The position numbers and the translations under genes were made by a program. Shown here piece after piece: positions 58,121-64,000 of a stretch of DNA of 64,000 nt. This stretch comes from Spirochaetota bacterium. GTDB taxonomy: Bacteria > Spirochaetota > UBA4802 > JAFGJZ01. Position 1 is the stretch's first letter, and every line of letters starts with the position of its first letter. The stretch spans positions 18,544-82,543 of the forward strand of contig JAQIBV010000039.1 in the NCBI GenBank assembly GCA_027858855.1, written 5' to 3'. The notes under the pieces were generated by a model, which was not told where the DNA came from, did no database searches, and was given only the letters and a program-made list of their open reading frames with translations.

Positions 58121-58225
58121 TGCTTTTCTTAAAATAATGTTTTTGGGAATAACTACTATTTCATGGTCGAGGTCTACTGACAAGTTTCAGCTTTAAAATA
58201 AAAAATAACTCTTTCTGGAGGCCGA

Positions 58226-58429
58226 ATGGACGGGCAACCAGCTGATTTGCATGAAGCAGTGCTTTTGTATACTCACACAAAGATAGAACTCGCCAAACGT
58301 ATAAAAGAGGGTATCAACTATTCTGAATTTATTGAATACGAGAACAAACTAAGCCGGATTGACAAAATTTTAAAGCGGGAAGAGCGTCGTCTTGCAAGGG
58401 AAGTCTCGTCTGTATTATCTGAACATTAA
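58226..58429 (+). CDS. Small hypothetical protein (67 aa, charged/helical)
   Basis: GGAGG RBS 7 nt upstream; no recognizable motifs. Confidence 0.3.
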   Translation: MDGQPADLHEAVLLYTHTKIELAKRIKEGINYSEFIEYENKLSRIDKILKREERRLAREVSSVLSEH

Positions 58430-58807
58430 CATATTGATGCTTTTTTTCTGAAATCTAAGTCAAAATAGATAGCTATATTGGATTTCCAATACCTGATCCG
58501 CTGCCCCCATAACCACCACAAACTTTTCAAATATTAAATCTGCTTTATTTTTGGGTATAGTGATTTACTCTATCTATGATATCGCTATAATTTATTTTTT
58601 ATTCTGTACAGACAGTGTGCATTTTGTTAATTGGTTGTTGTGAAAGTAGTAACAAGCCTTAATCCTTGTTAGAAACTTGTTAAAAAAGGGATTTTTAAAA
58701 GCATCCCCCTTCAATTTTCTTGACATTGAGCGGTTTAGTTCTACTTTATAAGTGACAATTTAATATAATTGTTTAAAAAAAATAAACTATTACAGGAGAG
58801 TGTCGTA

Positions 58808-61800
58808 ATGGGTAAGTCGATGACTATGGACGGAAACATGGCTGCTGCTCACGTTTCCTATGCGTTTACCGAAGTTGCGGCTATTTATCCAATTACACCG
58901 TCATCTAATATGGCGGAATATACGGATGAATGGGCGGCTCACGGAAAAAAGAATATTTTTGGTGAGCCAGTCAGGCTGATAAAGATGCAATCAGAAGGTG
59001 GTGCTGCCGGTGCTGTTCACGGTTCACTTCAAGCTGGTGCGTTAACTACAACCTACACAGCTTCACAGGGATTGCTCTTAATGATCCCGAATATGTATAA
59101 AATTGCAGGAGAGCTTCTTCCGGGAGTCTTTCATGTAAGTGCACGAAGTGTTGCAACACAGGCGCTTTCGATTTTTGGTGATCACTCAGATATCTATTCT
59201 GCCCGCCAGACAGGTTTCGCAATGATTGCGACAGGTTCTGTACAGGAAGTAATGGATCTTGGTGCTATTGCCCACCTTGCCGCCATTAAAACACGGATTC
59301 CTTTTCTTCATTTCTTTGATGGATTCAGAACTTCTCATGAAATTCAGAAGATTGACACATGGGATTATGCTGACCTTGAGAAAATGATTGATAAAGAAGC
59401 ACTTCAAAAATTTCGTGATAATGCACTCAATCCGAACAAACCAGTAACCCGCGGTACTGCTCAAAACCCTGATATCTTTTTTCAGGCTCGTGAAGCTTGT
59501 AATAAGTTCTACGATGCAGTTCCTGATGTTGTTGCTGATTATATGAAGCAGGTTTCCAAGTTAACAGGACGTGAGTACAAACCATTTATGTACTATGGAG
59601 ACCCTAAAGCTGAGAATATAATCGTAGCGATGGGTTCAATCTCTGATACGATAAAAGAGACTATCGATTATATGAACAAAAACGGGGAGAAGGTTGGCGC
59701 AATTATTATCCACCTATACAAGCCGTTTTCTGCAAAATACTTTATGGATGCTCTTCCTTCAACTGTTAAGAAGATCGCCGTGCTCGACAGAACAAAAGAG
59801 CCTGGTTCAGAAGGCGAGCCATTATATCTTGATATAAAATCTGTTTTTTATGGAAAGAAAGACGCACCGGTAATCGTTGGTGGTCGTTATGGACTCTCTT
59901 CAAAAGACACAACTCCATCTCAGATTATCGCAGTTTATGAAAACCTTAAGCAGAATGAGGCTAAAGACGATTTCACTATTGGCATCGTTGATGATGTTAC
60001 CTTTAAGTCGCTTCCATTAACTGCAGAAGTAAACGTTGTATCTGATACTACAAAACAGTGCAAGTTTTATGGCCTGGGTTCAGATGGTACCGTTGGAGCA
60101 AACAAAAACTCAATTAAGATTATTGGTGACCATACTGATATGTATGCACAGGGATACTTCGCGTATGACTCGAAAAAATCGGGTGGTATCACTATTTCTC
60201 ACCTTCGTTTTGGTAAAGACAAGATTCGTTCACCATACCTTGTTAACCATGCAGACTTCATTGCCTGTTCTCAACCATCATATCTTGATAAGTATGACAT
60301 GCTTAAAGGTATCAAGAAGGGTGGAACCTTTCTTCTTAACTCTATTTGGAATGCAGAAGAGACTAAACAACAGCTTCCAGACAAGGTAAAAAAGAGTCTT
60401 GCTGAAAATAATGTAAAATTTTACATAATCAATGCAACAAAGGTTGCTGAGGATATAGGTCTTGGCGGACGCACAAATACTATTCTTCAGTCAGCATTCT
60501 TCAAGCTTTCGGAAGTAATTCCTTACGATGAAGCTGTTAAGTATATCAAAGAGGCTATCAAAAAGTCGTACGGAAAGAAGGGAGAAGAAATTGTCTCTAT
60601 GAACAACGCGGCTGTTGACAAGGGAGCCAGCGAAATAATTGCAGTTGATGTCCCTGCCGAATGGGCTTCCTTGACTCCTGCAAAAGCAGCAACTACTGAT
60701 CGTCCGGATTTCATCGAGAACGTTGTTGATGTTATCAATGGACAGGATGGAGACTCACTTCCAGTCAGTGCTTTTAATGATCGCGAAGATGGAACTTTCC
60801 CAGCGGGAACAACTGCATTTGAAAAACGTGGTATTGCTGTAAATGTACCGGAATGGCAGAGTGAAAACTGTATTCAGTGTAACCAGTGTGCCTATGTTTG
60901 TCCTCATGCTGTTATTCGTCCTCTTCTTGTCGATAAAGACGAAAAATCTAAACTTCCATCTGACCTTACAACTATCAAAGCTGTCGGTAAGGGTGTAGAG
61001 GATTATGAATATCGTCTTCAAATATCTCCTCTTGATTGTACCGGCTGTGGTAACTGTGCCGATGTTTGCCCAGCTCCTAAAGGAAAGGCTCTCGTTATGA
61101 AGCCAATTGGTACTCAGTTAGAAGTTGCTGAAGAGTGGGATGTTGTAACAAAAAATGTTTCTTACAAAACAGACAAATTTCCTCTTACAAACGTTAAAGG
61201 ATCGCAATTTGCACAACCTCTCTTCGAGTTTCATGGAGCATGTGCTGGTTGTGGTGAAACACCATATATCAAACTTATTACCCAGCTGTATGGTGATAGA
61301 ATGATGATCGCGAATGCGACAGGCTGTTCTTCTATCTATGGCGGTTCGGCTCCTGCCACCCCATATTGTACCAATGCCAACGGCTGTGGACCGGCTTGGG
61401 CAAACTCACTATTTGAGGACAATGCTGAATATGGTCTTGGTATGTTTCTTGGAGTAACTCATATGCGAGATCGCATAGAAACAATCATGAAAACTGCTTT
61501 TGAATCGGGTGTTTCAGGCGATATTGAAGCTGCATTCAAGGCATGGATTGAGAACAAAGAGAATAGCGAAAAAACACGGGAAGTTTCCGACAAAGTTGAA
61601 ACTGTTCTTTCTGGTAAATCTGATGCCTATGCAAAAGAGATCATGGGGCTTAAACAGTACCTGGTGAAGACTTCTCAGTGGATCTTCGGCGGTGATGGTT
61701 GGGCATACGACATAGGTTATGGCGGACTTGACCATGTTCTTGGCTCTGGACATAATGTTAACGTTTTGGTTATGGATACAGAGGTCTACTCTAATACCGG

Positions 61801-62332
61801 TGGACAGTCTTCTAAAGCGACCCCTACAGCTGCTGTTGCCAAATTTGCAGCTTCCGGTAAGCGTGTTCGTAAAAAGGATCTCGGAATGATGGCGATGTCT
61901 TATGGCTACGTCTATGTTGCTCAGGTTGCCATGGGTGCTAATCAGGCTCAGTACCTGAAAGCAGTACGTGAGGCTGAAGCCTTTGATGGTCCTTCCCTGA
62001 TTCTGGCCTATGCTCCGTGTATTAACCACGGTCTACGTGCTGGAATGGGCAAAACCCAGGCAGAAGAAAAACTTGCTGTTGAAGCTGGTTACTGGAGTAA
62101 CTACCGTTACAATCCGGAACTTCTTAATGAGGGCAAAAATCCATTTACTCTTGATTCAAAAGAACCGGATTTTACAAAATTTCAGGATTTCCTTAAGGGA
62201 GAGGTTAGATACACATCTCTTCAACTTTCATTCCCTGATGTTGCTGAAGATCTTTTTAAGGCTGCAGAAAATGATGCTAAGTTCCGTTTCAATCAGTACA
62301 AACGCCTCTCTGAAATGGACTATAGTTCATAG
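58808..62332 (+). CDS. nifJ: Pyruvate:ferredoxin (flavodoxin) oxidoreductase, single-chain PFOR (ATG at 58808 with AGGAGAG SD preferred over the TTG at 58769)
   Basis: N-terminal MDGNMAAAHVSYAFTEVAAIYPITPSS; two 4Fe-4S ferredoxin motifs CIQCNQCAYVCP / CTGCGNCADVCP; TPP-binding GGDGWAYDIG. Confidence 0.9.
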   Translation: MGKSMTMDGNMAAAHVSYAFTEVAAIYPITPSSNMAEYTDEWAAHGKKNIFGEPVRLIKMQSEGGAAGAVHGSLQAGALTTTYTASQGLLLMIPNMYKIAGELLPGVFHVSARSVATQALSIFGDHSDIYSARQTGFAMIATGSVQEVMDLGAIAHLAAIKTRIPFLHFFDGFRTSHEIQKIDTWDYADLEKMIDKEALQKFRDNALNPNKPVTRGTAQNPDIFFQAREACNKFYDAVPDVVADYMKQVSKLTGREYKPFMYYGDPKAENIIVAMGSISDTIKETIDYMNKNGEKVGAIIIHLYKPFSAKYFMDALPSTVKKIAVLDRTKEPGSEGEPLYLDIKSVFYGKKDAPVIVGGRYGLSSKDTTPSQIIAVYENLKQNEAKDDFTIGIVDDVTFKSLPLTAEVNVVSDTTKQCKFYGLGSDGTVGANKNSIKIIGDHTDMYAQGYFAYDSKKSGGITISHLRFGKDKIRSPYLVNHADFIACSQPSYLDKYDMLKGIKKGGTFLLNSIWNAEETKQQLPDKVKKSLAENNVKFYIINATKVAEDIGLGGRTNTILQSAFFKLSEVIPYDEAVKYIKEAIKKSYGKKGEEIVSMNNAAVDKGASEIIAVDVPAEWASLTPAKAATTDRPDFIENVVDVINGQDGDSLPVSAFNDREDGTFPAGTTAFEKRGIAVNVPEWQSENCIQCNQCAYVCPHAVIRPLLVDKDEKSKLPSDLTTIKAVGKGVEDYEYRLQISPLDCTGCGNCADVCPAPKGKALVMKPIGTQLEVAEEWDVVTKNVSYKTDKFPLTNVKGSQFAQPLFEFHGACAGCGETPYIKLITQLYGDRMMIANATGCSSIYGGSAPATPYCTNANGCGPAWANSLFEDNAEYGLGMFLGVTHMRDRIETIMKTAFESGVSGDIEAAFKAWIENKENSEKTREVSDKVETVLSGKSDAYAKEIMGLKQYLVKTSQWIFGGDGWAYDIGYGGLDHVLGSGHNVNVLVMDTEVYSNTGGQSSKATPTAAVAKFAASGKRVRKKDLGMMAMSYGYVYVAQVAMGANQAQYLKAVREAEAFDGPSLILAYAPCINHGLRAGMGKTQAEEKLAVEAGYWSNYRYNPELLNEGKNPFTLDSKEPDFTKFQDFLKGEVRYTSLQLSFPDVAEDLFKAAENDAKFRFNQYKRLSEMDYSS

Positions 62333-62359
62333 TTTATGTTTGAAATTAGTTTAAAACAG

Positions 62360-62392
62360 GAACCCGCTCTTTAAGAGCGGGTTCTTTTGTTT
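62360..62392. terminator. Rho-independent terminator between convergent nifJ and YibE/F-like genes: GAACCCGCTCT-tta-AGAGCGGGTTC + TTTTGTTT
   Basis: Perfect 11-bp stem read directly. Confidence 0.7.
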
Positions 62393-62400
62393 ACAGGGGA

Positions 62401-63534
62401 TTAGACCCGGTTGATATTTCTGTTATAGTAAAACCTGGTAGCAATAAATGCCGTTGCGGGTATGGCGGTGAACATTCCAAGGCTTCCTACAAATGATTTG
62501 ATTATTTCTATAAGTACTGGATTATGAGAAAGAATCATTGAAAAGGGCATCTGTGAATCATACTTCATATAGATTATCAGAATTATTGAGAGTGAGCTTC
62601 CTACATAAGCCAGAATGAGTGTATTAACCATCGAGCCTAGAATGTCTTTCCCGATTGTTAGCGATGAGAAGAAGGCCTTCTTAAACTCTATCTTCGGGTT
62701 TGCTTCAAATAATTCTGAAGTTGCCGACGAAATAGATACGGCCACATCCATAACTGCTCCCAGGGCAGCGATTATCATACCTGAAAGTGCAAGATCACGG
62801 AGGTTAATCTGATTCTCTGCCATGTAAAAGACCTGAATCATTCCATCCGTAATTATGCCGGCCAGATGCATAGTCCAACCGCAAATAAGCGCAAGAAAGG
62901 TGGCCACCAGAACGCCAATAGATGCCCCACAAATTGCTGCTGCTGCTTTTCGGGTTATACCAGTTATAACCGGAATTGTAACAAAAATCGATAAAAACGA
63001 GATGATTACTGTTATCACTAAGGCTGGATACCCTTTTAAAGTTAAAGGAACAAATACAAAAAAGATCATACCGATTGTAAAAAGTAGAGCCAGCATGGAA
63101 AATAGCCCCTTTAATCGCCCAATACCAACTATTGTTACAGCCAGAAGTATGAAGATTATTGTAATTCCGAAAGAATTATCAATATCATAGAGAGCAATAT
63201 ACTCATCAGTACCATCAACCATGCCAATCTTATTGAAACCAATAAATATTGTATCATTTTCCTGGTATTTGGTAAATTCCGGCATGCTGTCTTTCCCAAC
63301 GAAAACGACCTTTTGGGTTTGATCTTTTAAGTCTCCGGAAAGAATCTTTAAAGAAAAGGTAGTTTGAACATAACTTTCTCCGGTCTTATCGTCTATTACC
63401 TGCTGCGGTTCAATTGAAAGAATACGGGCACGTGCATAGGTTATCTGATGATCAAAATTTTGCGCATTACAGGGGGAAGTGAAAACGGCAATATTTATTA
63501 AACAAAGAAGAGTAAAAAGTTTTATTCGACTCAT
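62401..63534 (-). CDS. YibE/F-like polytopic membrane protein (signal/TM1 + extracytoplasmic domain + about 7 TM)
   Basis: Topology and G/A-rich TM helices (GITRKAAAAICGASIGVLVATFLALICG); GGAGG RBS. Confidence 0.45.
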   Translation of the reverse strand: MSRIKLFTLLCLINIAVFTSPCNAQNFDHQITYARARILSIEPQQVIDDKTGESYVQTTFSLKILSGDLKDQTQKVVFVGKDSMPEFTKYQENDTIFIGFNKIGMVDGTDEYIALYDIDNSFGITIIFILLAVTIVGIGRLKGLFSMLALLFTIGMIFFVFVPLTLKGYPALVITVIISFLSIFVTIPVITGITRKAAAAICGASIGVLVATFLALICGWTMHLAGIITDGMIQVFYMAENQINLRDLALSGMIIAALGAVMDVAVSISSATSELFEANPKIEFKKAFFSSLTIGKDILGSMVNTLILAYVGSSLSIILIIYMKYDSQMPFSMILSHNPVLIEIIKSFVGSLGMFTAIPATAFIATRFYYNRNINRV

Positions 63535-63850
63535 AAGGCCTCCAAGGACAGAAAATAGGGAATAAAAACAGATATTCTCGTAGTCATGCGGTTGTAAAGT
63601 AATCTTTTTACGATAATCTCTGTAAGACTAGTTTGCAGATATCTTCTGAAAATCTCGTCTGTGAAAGTAGTGTTATCGTTAATAGGTCTAACAAAACCCA
63701 TAAAGATTTTTGAGTCTGCATACTATATTTTTTCGATTTTTGCAAGAGAGCTGAATCAGGATTAAACAATTTGTTGACGGATGCTATATAAAGAATTATT
63801 GTTATGTTTAGTACATTAGCATAAAATATGATAATCAATTTGAGAGCAAT

Positions 63851-64000
63851 ATGGCTGAAAAAAACATTATATCCTTTTTGGTTACAGCATTTCTTCCCGA
63901 TCATAACGAAACACTTCTGTTCGCAGGTTTTTTTGATACCACGCGTGTACAGTTACTTCTCTTCTTCACCACGGTAATTGTTGGAAGTGATCTGCGCGAA
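63851..64000 (+). CDS. Partial CDS (3'-truncated by window edge), DedA/VTT-like membrane protein N-terminus
   Basis: MAEKNIISFLVTAFLPDHNETLLFAGFF resembles the DedA N-terminal segment; below the ORF-track length cutoff. Confidence 0.25.
   Translation, partial: MAEKNIISFLVTAFLPDHNETLLFAGFFDTTRVQLLLFFTTVIVGSDLRE

Noticed and set aside
58769-58807. Upstream TTG start for PFOR (and the analogous alternative TTG/GTG starts at 28004 for recB, 34929 for degT, 36037 for capD and 49986 for the MBL gene)
   Set aside because: A downstream in-frame ATG with a well-spaced Shine-Dalgarno sequence, and in the case of PFOR and UmuC the canonical protein N-terminus, fits better. The extended N-termini add residues not seen in these families.
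1-64000. rRNA, tRNA, tmRNA, RNase P RNA, insertion sequences, integrases, prophage or defence-system genes
   Set aside because: - I saw no GGTTCGAATCC-type T-arm signatures and no long non-coding conserved blocks.
- No ORF has transposase, integrase, restriction-modification or Cas motifs.
- I could not run tRNAscan or Rfam, so small RNAs cannot be excluded.

Overview
This is a 64-kb chromosomal window from an AT-rich (roughly 40% GC) diderm bacterium; lineage is not assignable from sequence alone. It is gene-dense, with about 50 protein-coding genes and short, AT-rich intergenic regions. I found no rRNA, tRNA, CRISPR array, transposase or integrase. The ORF track accepts GTG/TTG starts, so several first-codon coordinates were moved to a downstream ATG with a Shine-Dalgarno sequence (recB, degT, capD, PFOR, umuC).

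Main blocks, in order:
- a 5'-truncated nnr (YjeF) gene, convergent with a minus-strand operon of two SAM methyltransferases, an ATP-grasp protein and a ROK sugar kinase;
- a PHP/TrpH phosphoesterase;
- a minus-strand operon of a LysM-M23 peptidase and an unusual RsmG + SpoU/TrmH fused rRNA methyltransferase;
- lolC/E-lolD translationally coupled to a beta-CASP metallo-beta-lactamase RNase, followed by a 14-bp tandem repeat array (5.6 copies);
- a signalling cluster: PilZ-like protein, REC-PAS-HisKA_3 hybrid kinase, NarL/LuxR regulator, HAMP-only membrane protein, TauE permease, and a cytoplasmic protein with degenerate chemoreceptor signalling motifs;
- TetR, umuC and umuD on the minus strand; a polyprenyl synthase and cysE;
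- a regulatory region with four ATGCAT hexamers at exact 9-bp phase over a perfect -10 box, upstream of recC-recB-recD;
- mscS, then the nucleotide-sugar genes degT, capD, ugd and manC;
- the most system-like feature: a translationally coupled trio encoding a 1504-aa secreted Ca-binding/beta-sandwich surface lipoprotein, a protein with a C-terminal beta-barrel-like half, and a beta-propeller lipoprotein;
- then dus, an MBL hydrolase, psd, a TPR protein, tatC (no tatA nearby), an NlpC/P60 lipoprotein with an RBS-sequestering hairpin, a NeuB-family synthase, ychF, pyruvate:ferredoxin oxidoreductase, a YibE/F-like membrane protein, and a DedA-like gene start at the window edge.

All functional calls come from motif-level reading of the translated ORFs. 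None was verified by database search.
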